A program made the translations under genes and the position numbers. The notes below the pieces were generated by a model, which saw only the letters and a program-made list of their open reading frames with translations, did not search any database and was not told the DNA's origin. DNA of 55,775 bases from Verrucomicrobiota bacterium (GTDB lineage Bacteria; Verrucomicrobiota; Verrucomicrobiia; Limisphaerales; SIBE01), in the NCBI GenBank assembly GCA_027623095.1, contig JAQBVM010000003.1, forward strand, positions 1-55,775. Direction: 5' to 3'. Of this stretch, positions 18,278 to 28,400 are shown one piece after another (position 1 is the stretch's first letter; every line of letters begins with the position of its first letter).

Positions 18278-20842
18278 TCACCGGAGCATCTTTTGGATGG
18301 TGGCAAGATACTGGCGGGCTTGCTCGTTTGTGGGGTCCAGCTTCAGCGTCTGTTCGAACTCGGCGCGCGCTTCGTTCCACTGCATCCTTCTTGCCAGGGC
18401 GACGCCGAGATTCAAGTGCCCCCGGGCGAAACCGGGTTTCGCGCGCACCACCCCCGCGAACTGGAGTTGAGCCTCATCAACGCGGTTCTGCGCAGCGAGT
18501 TCGACTCCCAGAAAATATCGCGCTTCCCAGAAGCCGCCGTCGAGTTCAACCGATTTCTTCAACAGATCGAAGGACGCCGCACGCTCGTTGCGGGCGGCCA
18601 TGGCGTTCGCCAGGAAGAAATTGGCGCGGGCGTCCTCGGGTTGCTGCCGGACTTGATCCGCAAAATAGGTCAAGCCATGTTCCGGTTGAAGTTTGACAGC
18701 TTCCGCAAAGTGCTTCGCTGCCTGAAGCAGATCACCTTCTTCCGAAAGAAGATCCCCCATCTGCATCTGGATCGCGAACGAACGGGGCTGAACCTCCAAT
18801 CCTTTCAAAATGTATTCACGCGCCTTAGTCAGATCCCCCGCCTTTTGCCAAAGTTGACTGACGTTCAGCAGCGATTCCGCCTCCTTCGGATTCCGGATAA
18901 GCGCGCTCGAAAACGACTCGATGGCCTCGCGTTCTTTCCCTTGATTGACCTGCGCTTTTCCCAAACCGATGTATGCGGCGGCAGAGTCCGGATTCAACGC
19001 GAGAGCATTCCGGAACTGTTTCTCCGCCTCGTCGTAAGCGCCCGCAGCCGTCAAAAACACTCCGAGGTTGTGATGAACATCCGGATGATGCGGCAGGAAT
19101 TCGAGGACCTTCTCCCCCTCGGCGACCGCTTCGGAATACAGCTTCCGGGCGAAGAGAAAATTGGCGAAGTTTTGGCGCAACTGAAAATCGCGCGGCGCCG
19201 CCTGAATCGCCGAACGATAGCGCTCTGTTGCCTGGTCGAGCCCGGACGTCTGCAGGATCGGCTGGAGCTGATCCAATTGCTCGCGGAACCGCTGCTGCCG
19301 GACTGCGTGGTTCAATTGATTCGTAAAGGGCGCTTCGGAAAGCCTCTGGCGCATTCCCTCCAGCAACTGGATTTTATTCCAACCGGTGAGGGCAAGCTGT
19401 TCGCCGCACTCGTCCTCTGAAGCCCAATTTTTCGTGTCGAGTTGAAGAATTGTATCCGGCAATACCGCCAGGATCTCCCGGGCAATCGCCAGCGCTAACC
19501 GATAGTTCCCGGCAAAAGTCAAATGTACGTGATCGAAGAACAACTCATCCCCAGGAATTCCATCCTTCGCCGCTTCTTGGAATGCCTGATCTGCACGCGC
19601 CAAACGCACACCTTTATCTCTCCATTTTCGGCTCGTTTCCTCCACAATCGTGTTCATGCGCGTGTCTGTCCGGAATCGGAGTGCGTCCAGATCCCGCGCG
19701 TTTTCAAAAGCGACCCTGGCGGAGTTCGTTTCGCCGAGCGCCAAATGCGACCTTCCAATTCGAAACTGAAGCTCCGCGAAATTTGGATCCATTTTCGCAG
19801 CCTCTCGATACGCATCAAGCGCCTCGCCGATCCGTCCCCCGGATTCCTGTTCGATACCGCTCAGAAAACCGGCTTTCCACTCCGGCGCGCTTTTGGCGTT
19901 CAATTGGGCTGAGTGGACGGACGCGAACGGCGGACAATCCCGCAGGTTCGAAGCCACGGTGCTGATGATGACTTTTGTCCCGAACCGAAGACCGGCCTCA
20001 AGGATGTCCTCCAAGTTTCGCTGAAACGAATCATAGACTTTTTCCAGTCGGGAATCATCTTCTGCGATTTGATTGTTTAGGAACATTTGCAGTCCGCCCC
20101 ATTCAGGCGTCGAACTCGATCCCGAAGCGTGCCGTTCGCGAAGCGATTCGAGAAGCTGCCCGGTTCGATAACTCTTCAAGGCGATGCCGGCTCGAATCAA
20201 TCCCAGGCTTCGCGGCTGTGCGCCGAAGACCGTGGCGGGACCAAACGGACCGGCAACTTCGTTATTGCCCATGTACACAATCCATAGATCGCCATCCTGC
20301 CGGGCGCATTCTTGGGCGATTGGAAGAATGACGTGCGAATTTATCGCCGTGAACGCCGTATTAATAATTTCAAATTCCGTTCCCGGAAATCGGTCTCGAA
20401 GCAAAACCTGCAGAATCCGGCTGAACGAAAAACTCGGATCAGGATCGCCCATTGCCGCTGATTCGCCGAAAACGAAAATTCGGTATGTTCCGCTTGGTTT
20501 ATCCGGCTCGAGAACAACCGGTGGCGGTCGCCGCATCAATTTTTTGGGAAAGAAACGGCGGCCAAATTGGCTGTTTTCAACGAGAACGGCTTTTCCTCCG
20601 ATTTCCGCACGGAGGAAGTAAGTCGTCGGATACCCGATTCCCGCGATTCGCAGACAAATCTCAAGTCCCGCGAGCAGGAGAATTGGAACTCCAAAAAGAC
20701 TGAGCGCTCGAAATACCCATCGACGGGTCCGCGAAGGATTCGCGAGCGGACTGTATCCCGGGGTTTCCGGGTGCTTCGGCGTGCTCTCGGGAACCCGAGC
20801 TTGTTTCTGAGGTGAGCTTCGCTTCCGTTTCAACCGGGCCAC
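18278..20842 (-). CDS. Membrane-anchored SGNH/GDSL-like domain + TPR repeat protein
   Basis: TM LLLAGLEICLRIAG; RIFVFGES, YMGNNE, DHVH; multiple TPRs; start uncertain (ORF-track start at 20977 lies in a repeat). Confidence 0.85.
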   Translation of the reverse strand: MARLKRKRSSPQKQARVPESTPKHPETPGYSPLANPSRTRRWVFRALSLFGVPILLLAGLEICLRIAGIGYPTTYFLRAEIGGKAVLVENSQFGRRFFPKKLMRRPPPVVLEPDKPSGTYRIFVFGESAAMGDPDPSFSFSRILQVLLRDRFPGTEFEIINTAFTAINSHVILPIAQECARQDGDLWIVYMGNNEVAGPFGPATVFGAQPRSLGLIRAGIALKSYRTGQLLESLRERHASGSSSTPEWGGLQMFLNNQIAEDDSRLEKVYDSFQRNLEDILEAGLRFGTKVIISTVASNLRDCPPFASVHSAQLNAKSAPEWKAGFLSGIEQESGGRIGEALDAYREAAKMDPNFAELQFRIGRSHLALGETNSARVAFENARDLDALRFRTDTRMNTIVEETSRKWRDKGVRLARADQAFQEAAKDGIPGDELFFDHVHLTFAGNYRLALAIAREILAVLPDTILQLDTKNWASEDECGEQLALTGWNKIQLLEGMRQRLSEAPFTNQLNHAVRQQRFREQLDQLQPILQTSGLDQATERYRSAIQAAPRDFQLRQNFANFLFARKLYSEAVAEGEKVLEFLPHHPDVHHNLGVFLTAAGAYDEAEKQFRNALALNPDSAAAYIGLGKAQVNQGKEREAIESFSSALIRNPKEAESLLNVSQLWQKAGDLTKAREYILKGLEVQPRSFAIQMQMGDLLSEEGDLLQAAKHFAEAVKLQPEHGLTYFADQVRQQPEDARANFFLANAMAARNERAASFDLLKKSVELDGGFWEARYFLGVELAAQNRVDEAQLQFAGVVRAKPGFARGHLNLGVALARRMQWNEARAEFEQTLKLDPTNEQARQYLATIQKMLR

Positions 20843-20889
20843 TCTAATCGTCTCCGAGCTCGGAGCGAAAGAAAATTGATCGGATCCAA

Positions 20890-21451
20890 CTGGGCGCATC
20901 GAATGGGGACAGACCCGCTCTCCGCACTTCCGCCTGGTGGGACGCGCCGACTCTCGTTTCTCTCGGTGGGGCGACACTCCGTACCACTAAAAGAAGGACT
21001 CTTTGTTTTCTGCGAAGACTTTTGGGAAGTGGACCACGGAAGATTCCGAATACAGGAAAAGGATCAAGTTGCAACAAGTCGGGATTTGTGTCGTTCTTCT
21101 TCAGTGAAACAAGAGAGGACCGAGATGTTCCATATGAACCGCTGCCAAGATGAAAAGCATCCGCTGCTGAAGAATTTGACGAGAGTTCGATGAACGCGGC
21201 AGCGTCTTGGACTGCGGTGACGAGCGAAGCGATTCACCGCTTTCTCTTCGGCGGGATCGAGGGATCGAGGGTTCGAGAGAGTTCCAGACCACTTTGTTCC
21301 ATGTCAAAAGCGGCAACTGCGCAAGCTCCGTTGCCGCACTCCAAAACCTGGCGGAAGATGTGACGAAACCCTGAGTCTCCTTGCGAATGGCCGGAGAGTT
21401 GATCACCCACAACCTCCTCATAGCAGGGCTCCACGGAGTGTCGCCCCACCG
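20890..21451. repeat. Composite repeat: module X + family B left arm, module Y, family A REPIN (21168-21420), family B right arm
   Basis: GGTGGGGCGACACTCCGT (20965-20982) is inverted relative to ACGGAGTGTCGCCCCACC (21433-21450); internal modules match 5680-6170. Confidence 0.85.
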
Positions 21452-21697
21452 GACCCCTGAAACTCGAATCGTACCAATTGCAGCGTTCATCCTTAGTAGC
21501 TCTCCCGGGATCACCAGCCTCCGCGCTGCTTTCCTCGATCTGATGAAGAAGAAGCTGCGGTTCAGCCGTGTCCTCATTCGAAGCCTTATGGCGACGGAGG
21601 TGCCGGACCGTTTCCAGTTCGGTGCCGCACTGCGGATGTTGGCTTGAATCATACCTCGATGAATGCATTCTGGAATCGGATCAAATAATTCAGGAAG

Positions 21698-24600
21698 ATG
21701 TCTGAAGAATCAGTTAGCACCGAATCACGTTGGACGTGGAAGTTTTGCTTCGTTGTGTCCATTCTCTGCCTCGCGGTTTCGGCGCACTCCCTCGATTGGG
21801 AAAACGGCAAAGGATTCCGCAGTGCGCAGGTGATGGTCGAACCGGGAAAAAGAGCGGGTTTCTCTCGACTCACGTCATCGACGACCGGAATCAACTTCAC
21901 AAATTTGGTCCCTGAATCGCGGCATCTTACGAATCAGATTCTATTGAACGGGTCGGGTGCGGCAGCCGGCGATGTGGATGGCGACGGTTGGTGTGATCTG
22001 TACTTCAGCGCCTTAGACCAGCCAAACCGTTTGTATCGAAATCTAGGCAACTGGCGATTTGAGGAGATCGCGCAAAGCGCGGGTGTTGCCTGCCCGGACT
22101 TGGCCTCGACCGGAGTCGCGCTCGCGGACCTGGACGGGGACAATGATCTCGATCTGGTGGTTAATTCAATCGGAGCCGGGACACGAATTTATTTTAATCA
22201 AGGCAACTTGCGGTTCCTTCCGGGTCCCGTTCTGAACGGGAATAAGGGCGGGATGTCGCTCGCGGTGGGAGACATTGACGGCGATGGATTTCTCGATTTG
22301 TACATTTCAAATTATCGGACTTCGGCGCTGATGGATATTCCGAATGCGCGGGCCACCTTCAAACGTGTCGATGGCAGGATCGAAATGGACCGCCTGAATG
22401 GCCGTTCGGTCACCGAACCCGACTTGCAAAACCGGTTTGTCGTTTCTCCCAGGCGGGGCGTCGAGGAGTTGGGAGAGGCCGACTCGCTCTATCGGAATCA
22501 CGGAGGGACAAACTTTGTGTTGATGCCGTACACCGGCGGAGCGTTTCTGAACGCGCAAGGGAACTCGCTGCCGTCGCCCCTTTACGAATGGGGGTTGGAC
22601 GCGATGTTCCGCGACATCAACGGCGATACGTTTCCGGATTTGTATGTCTGCAACGACTTTTACAGCGAGGATCGAGTCTGGCTAAACGACGGAACGGGGC
22701 GCTTTCGCGAGGGCGGTCCATTCATGCTGCGCAAATCGAGTCTGTTTTCGATGGGGGTTGATTTCGCCGATATTAATCGGGACGGTTTCGATGATTTTCT
22801 TGTAGTCGATATGCTGAGCCGGAGCCATCACCAACGAATGACACAAATGGGGGATTCCGCGCCGCCTCTCTTGGCGGTTGGCGAGGTGAATGACCGCCCG
22901 CAGTACGGAATTAACACACTATTCCTAAACCGAGGGGACGGTTCGTATGCGGAGATCGCGCAGCTCAGCGGGCTCGAAGCATCCGATTGGTCCTGGATGC
23001 CGATGTTTCTGGACGTTGATCTGGATGGATGGGAGGACGTGCTGGTATCGAATGGAAACGAACGAGCGGCGCGCGACTTCGATGTTGCTGAGCGCCTGAA
23101 AGCCATGCGCGCTGAGAAACCAATGAGCGATGCCGAAGTGTTTGAGGCGAGACGCCTGTTCCCACGGCTGGCGTCTCCTAATCTCGCCTTTCGCAACAGG
23201 GGTGATCTCACATTCGAAGAGGCCGGTGCGGCGTGGGGGTTTAACGATGCGAGTGTTTCACACGGAATGGCGGTGGCGGATCTGGACAATGATGGCGACC
23301 TCGATGTGGTGGTGAACAATTTCAATGCCGAGGCTGGCATCTACCGGAACGAAGCCTCCGCTCCGCGTGTCGCCGTTCGTTTGAAGGGAAACGGAGCCAA
23401 CACCCACGGCGCGGGAGCAAGAATCAGCGTCTATGGAGGCGCTGTTCCGTCGCAGAGCCAGGAAATTGTCTGTGGCGGCCGCTATCTTTCATCGGATGAA
23501 TTAATGCGTGTATTCGCGGCGGGCACAACTGGAAATGAGATGACCATCGAAGTGAAGTGGCGGAGCGGACGGATGAGCACTTTGCCTGGCGCAACGGCGA
23601 ACCGAATTTATGAGATCGACGAATCCGTCTCGCAGGAAACCAAAGGAGGAAGTTCGAGCAATGGAAACCGGAAAGACCGGCGGGATCAAGAATCGCGCCC
23701 GCCTCTCTTTCAAGACGTGAGCGTCCTGCTGAATCACCGGCATCCTGAGGAACCGTATGATGACTTCGCCCGCCAGCCGTTGCTCCCAAAACGGCTCAGC
23801 CAATTGGGGCCCGGAGTGGCGTGGTTTGACTGGGACGCGGACGGCTGGGACGATCTTCTCATTGGCAGCGGCAAAGGAGGGCGTATGGGTGTGTTTCACA
23901 ACAACGGCGGAACAGGCTTCTCGCGATGGGAGAAACCGCCTTTGACAATCCCGGTGACACGCGATCAATCTGGCCTCGTGGTTTCAGAACTCGGTCCGAA
24001 GCGGATCGTTTTGTTAAGCGGCTCCTCAAACTACGAGGACGGCCTTCCGATAGGTGCATCCGTTCGGCAGTACGGGATTTCAACGGGAGTCATTGATGAC
24101 GGGATACCCGGCGATGTTTCCAGCGCCGGACCGCTCGCGGTGGCGGATATCGATGGAGATGGCGATCTGGACCTTTTCGCGGGAGGACGGACCGTCCCAG
24201 GGAGATATCCAGCGGCGGCATCGTCCCGGCTGTTCCGAAACGAAAAGGGGAAATTTCTATTCGACTCCGCTGGAAGCAAAATTTTTGACAAAATCGGGTT
24301 GGTCAGCGGGGCCGTCTTCAGTGATTTGGATGGGGATGGCGACTCGGATCTTGTGCTGGCATGCGAATGGGGGCCCGTCCGGATTTTTCTGAATAAGGCG
24401 GGAGCGTTTTCGGAAACGACCGCCGCGCTAGGAATGGAGGCATATCGCGGCTGGTGGAACGGAGTTTCGACGGGCGATTTCGATGGGGACGGACGCATGG
24501 ATATCGCCGCCTCAAATTGGGGGCGCAACTCGCCGTATGAAAGCCATCGTGCGAAAGCGCTGCGGATTTACTACGGCGACTTCGACGGCGACAGTATCGA

Positions 24601-25447
24601 TGATTTGATCGAGGCGTTCTTTGATCGCGAAATCGGAAAGTTTGTTCCCGAGCGGCAGCTTGGCGCCACGTCTCGCGCAATGCCGTTCGTACGAGAGCGA
24701 TTGAAAACCAACGCGGCGTATGCGGTGGCGGGAGTTGAAGAGATCCTTGGAGAACGATCCGCGGCTGCGAAGGTTTGGGAGGCCGAATGGCTGGATTCAA
24801 CGGTTTTCCTAAATCGTGGAAACCACTTTGAACCGCGCACCCTGCCCGTCGAAGCGCAAATGGCGCCGGCATTTGGGGTGAGTATTGGGGACATCGACGG
24901 AGACGGACACGAGGATCTGTTTCTCAGCCAAAACTTCTATGCAACGCAACCGGAAGTGCCTCGTTACGACGCCGGTCTCGGTCTCTGGTTGAAAGGCGAC
25001 GGCATGGGTGGATTCCGTGCGATGAATCACATTGAAAGCGGCGTGCAGATCTACGGTGAGCAGCGTGGCAGCGCATTGGCGGACTTTGACCGGGACGGGC
25101 GGATTGATCTTGTCGTCTCACAGAACGGCGGGGAAACGAAGTTGTATCGCAACATCGGTGGAAAACCGGGACTGAGAGTTCGACTCGAGGGTCCGAGTGA
25201 AAATCCATCCGCGATTGGGGCAACGATCCAGATCATCAGCGGCAGCCGGTCGGGACCGATGCGCGAGATTCATGCCGGGTCCGGTTACTGGTCGCAAGAT
25301 AGTGCGGTGCAAATAATGTCGATTTCTAAGACGCCAGCATTGATCTCGATCCGCTGGCCTGGCGGGGAACAGCAACGGCTCGCGATTCCAGAGGGCGCGC
25401 AGGAAGTGAGAATCAGCATGGGAAACGAACTTCAAGTTGTGAGATGA
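21698..25447 (+). CDS. FG-GAP/VCBS repeat + ASPIC/UnbV (CRTAC1-like) secreted protein
   Basis: Many GDxDGDGxxDL repeats; two ASPIC-like segments (GGRYLSS..VKW; GSGYWSQDS..IRWPGG). Confidence 0.9.
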   Translation: MSEESVSTESRWTWKFCFVVSILCLAVSAHSLDWENGKGFRSAQVMVEPGKRAGFSRLTSSTTGINFTNLVPESRHLTNQILLNGSGAAAGDVDGDGWCDLYFSALDQPNRLYRNLGNWRFEEIAQSAGVACPDLASTGVALADLDGDNDLDLVVNSIGAGTRIYFNQGNLRFLPGPVLNGNKGGMSLAVGDIDGDGFLDLYISNYRTSALMDIPNARATFKRVDGRIEMDRLNGRSVTEPDLQNRFVVSPRRGVEELGEADSLYRNHGGTNFVLMPYTGGAFLNAQGNSLPSPLYEWGLDAMFRDINGDTFPDLYVCNDFYSEDRVWLNDGTGRFREGGPFMLRKSSLFSMGVDFADINRDGFDDFLVVDMLSRSHHQRMTQMGDSAPPLLAVGEVNDRPQYGINTLFLNRGDGSYAEIAQLSGLEASDWSWMPMFLDVDLDGWEDVLVSNGNERAARDFDVAERLKAMRAEKPMSDAEVFEARRLFPRLASPNLAFRNRGDLTFEEAGAAWGFNDASVSHGMAVADLDNDGDLDVVVNNFNAEAGIYRNEASAPRVAVRLKGNGANTHGAGARISVYGGAVPSQSQEIVCGGRYLSSDELMRVFAAGTTGNEMTIEVKWRSGRMSTLPGATANRIYEIDESVSQETKGGSSSNGNRKDRRDQESRPPLFQDVSVLLNHRHPEEPYDDFARQPLLPKRLSQLGPGVAWFDWDADGWDDLLIGSGKGGRMGVFHNNGGTGFSRWEKPPLTIPVTRDQSGLVVSELGPKRIVLLSGSSNYEDGLPIGASVRQYGISTGVIDDGIPGDVSSAGPLAVADIDGDGDLDLFAGGRTVPGRYPAAASSRLFRNEKGKFLFDSAGSKIFDKIGLVSGAVFSDLDGDGDSDLVLACEWGPVRIFLNKAGAFSETTAALGMEAYRGWWNGVSTGDFDGDGRMDIAASNWGRNSPYESHRAKALRIYYGDFDGDSIDDLIEAFFDREIGKFVPERQLGATSRAMPFVRERLKTNAAYAVAGVEEILGERSAAAKVWEAEWLDSTVFLNRGNHFEPRTLPVEAQMAPAFGVSIGDIDGDGHEDLFLSQNFYATQPEVPRYDAGLGLWLKGDGMGGFRAMNHIESGVQIYGEQRGSALADFDRDGRIDLVVSQNGGETKLYRNIGGKPGLRVRLEGPSENPSAIGATIQIISGSRSGPMREIHAGSGYWSQDSAVQIMSISKTPALISIRWPGGEQQRLAIPEGAQEVRISMGNELQVVR

Positions 25448-25468
25448 CCGAATATCCTTCCACAACGT

Positions 25469-28400
25469 ATGAGAATTCTCAATGAACAACGGTGGGGCGA
25501 CACTGCTTTTCGCGAAGCGAACATCTCATGTGGGCAACTAACTTGCAGGGCTTGGGAAGCCAGTCTGTGGAGCCCTGACACCTTTCGAGCGCTTGAGAAA
25601 GTCAGGGCTCCACAGAGTGTCGCCCCACCCCAATGGGTTCAAGGGCGCAATGCCTGCGCGCAGCAGTTCCTTCTGCTGCTTGTCTTATTTGCATTCTCGT
25701 TCATGCCTATTTTCCCGTCGCGTGCCGCAGACGCGGTTTGGCACAGCGACACGGGATTCCGCTGGTCCGAGCTGAAAGTGAACATGGGGGGACACTCGGG
25801 ATTTTCACTCCTTGCGCCAGAGCAAACCGGCGTCGCTTTCAAGAATGTGTTGAGTGAAGAAGCAATTGCAGCGAACCGCGTTCTGGCCAATGGCTCGGGC
25901 GTAGCGGTCGGCGATTTCGACGGGGACGGGTTGCCGGATCTTTATTTTTGCGGACTGGAATCCTCCAATGTGCTCTATCGAAACCTGGGAAACTGGAAGT
26001 TCGAAGATGTCACCGCCAACGCAGCCGTCGCTTGCAAGGGCAAGTTGTGCCGTGGCGCAGTTTTTGCGGACTTAAATGGCGACGGTTCCTTGGACCTTCT
26101 CGTTTCGACGGCGAACGAAGGAGTGCTCTGTTTTCTCAACGACGGATCGGGACATTTTACCGATGCGACCTCGACCGCTGGAACCAAGAGTCAATACGCG
26201 CCGATGACAATGGCGCTGGCGGATATCGACGGCAACGGGACATTGGATCTCTACATTGCGAACAACCGTCCCGATGACATCCGCGATCTGGGGCGATTGA
26301 ATGTTCCCATCGTCAATGGCAAACCGTCGATTCCGATTTCGCTCCGGAACAGGCTTCTCTTTCGCGAAGGACGCGTCTCCGAGTACGGTCAGCCCGATCA
26401 GTTGCTGCTGAACGACGGGAACGCTCGTTTCAAAGAAGTCCGCTGGGATGACGGCACATTCCTCGACGAGCAGGGGCGGAAACTGACTTCGGCGCCATTG
26501 GACTGGGGATTGACGGTGACCTTTCGCGATATGAATCACGATTCCGCTCCGGATCTTTATGTGTGCAATGACTACTGGACTCCGGACCGCATTTGGATCA
26601 ATGACGGCAAGGGACATTTCCGGGCCATTGATAACGTAGCGCTCAGAAAGACGTGCGCCAGCTCGATGGGGATCGATTTCGGAGATTTCGACCGCGACGG
26701 TGAGCCGGACCTATTTGTTGTGGATATGCTCAGCCGCAAGTCCCATCTGAGAAAACGGCAGAACATGGCAGACAAGCCGGAGACGACACCGCCTGGAATC
26801 GTTGAGGACCGGCCGCAGGTGATGCGAAACACACTGTTCAGAAACGCGGGAGGCGGCACCTTCTCAGAAGTGTCGCATTTTGCGAATCTGTTCGCATCTG
26901 ACTGGTCGTGGTCTCCCATTTGCCTGGATGTGGACTTGGACGGTTTTGAGGATCTTCTCATTTCGGCCGGCCATTTTCGCGACGTTCAAGACATGGACGC
27001 CGCGATGCAGATTCAGGCTCAGCAGCACTCGTGGAGCGGATATCCGAACGAGGCCGCGCGGCAGAAGGCCTACACACAGGAATTGCTTGAGCACTACCGG
27101 CTTTATCCTCTCTTGAAGATGCCTGTGATCGGTTTTCGAAATCTGGGGAATTGGAAATTTGAAGAGACAACGGACCAATGGGGGTTGACCCACGAGAGCG
27201 TGCGCCATGGCATCGCAACCGGCGATTTCGACGGAGATGGTGACTTGGATTTGGTGGCGAACTCCCTGAACGGCACGGCGGACCTGTTTCGAAACGAATC
27301 ATCGGCTGGACGCGTCTTGGTCCGGTTGAAAGGCCAGCGTCCCAACACCGAAGGGATCGGGGCAAAGGTAGAGTTTCGTGGCGGGGCCATTCCAATGCAG
27401 TCGGCAGAGATTATTTCCGGAGGCCGTTATCTTTCCGGTTCGGATACAACAGTCGGATTCGCCGTGGGTGATGTTAAGGAAGGCATGACGATCGAGGTGC
27501 GATGGCGCACCGGACTCGTGAGCGTGGTTTCTGATGTGCGTGCCAATCGATTTTTCGAAATCGGCGAGCCGAAAAGGGACGGGAATGAATCGGCTCCAGA
27601 AACCGCCGATCAAGTCATTTCCTCCGATTCCATTCGAGCCACCCCTCTGTTTGAAGATGTAAGCGGCGCGATCACTCACGTGCATCATGAAACCGAGTTC
27701 AACGACTTTGAACGGCAACCCTTGCTTCCGTTTAAACTGAGCCAGCAAGGTCCCGGCGTGGCATGGTTCGACCTGACCGGGGATGGACATGATGATCTTG
27801 TCATCGGCACGGGAAGCGGCGGAGCGCCCGCCGTGTTTCAATCCGACGGTTCCGGCAAATTTTCAAAACTCACCCGAACACCCTCATTCATTGCGCCGCG
27901 TGACACGGCTGGAATCGTTGGTTGGATTGCCCCGGGCGGACGCCGGGAACTCCTGATGGGTATCACGGGATACGAGACAGCCGCTGAGCACGGTGTGGAT
28001 TCGTTCCGCGTGGAGGGAAATCGATGGATTGGGTCGGATCAGGCCGCCCGTGAGATGTCGAGCGCGAGCGCTCTGGCATTAGGTGATCCGCATGGGAACG
28101 GTCAATTGGTTTTGTTCGTTGGCGGCGGTGTTTCACCGGGGCAATACCCGCTTGGAGCGCCGTCGAAAATCTATAAGCATGACGGAACGCGGTGGCGCCT
28201 GGATGTTCGCAACAGTGTGCTGATGGAACGGCTTGGGATCGTTAACGGAGCGGTGTGGAGCGACCTGAATGAAGACGGTCTTGCGGAACTCGTGATCGCC
28301 TGTGAATGGGGAGCGATTCGAGTTTTCCAAAGCCGAAGTGAACTGCTCTTCGATGTCACAGAGGAATGGGGGCTGAGCCGATACACGGGATGGTGGAAGG

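Noticed and set aside
18293-19420. Long antisense ORFs (also 3589-4503, 37865-38887, 49778-50623, 50625-51557)
   Set aside because: Shadow frames opposite well-supported genes in GC-rich DNA, with no recognisable motifs.
20843-20977. N-terminal extensions in the ORF track (also 7081-7203, 13300-13386, 15553-15615, 32407-32589, 50516-50809)
   Set aside because: They run through repeats, upstream non-coding DNA or neighbouring genes; downstream starts give clean signal peptides or domain boundaries.
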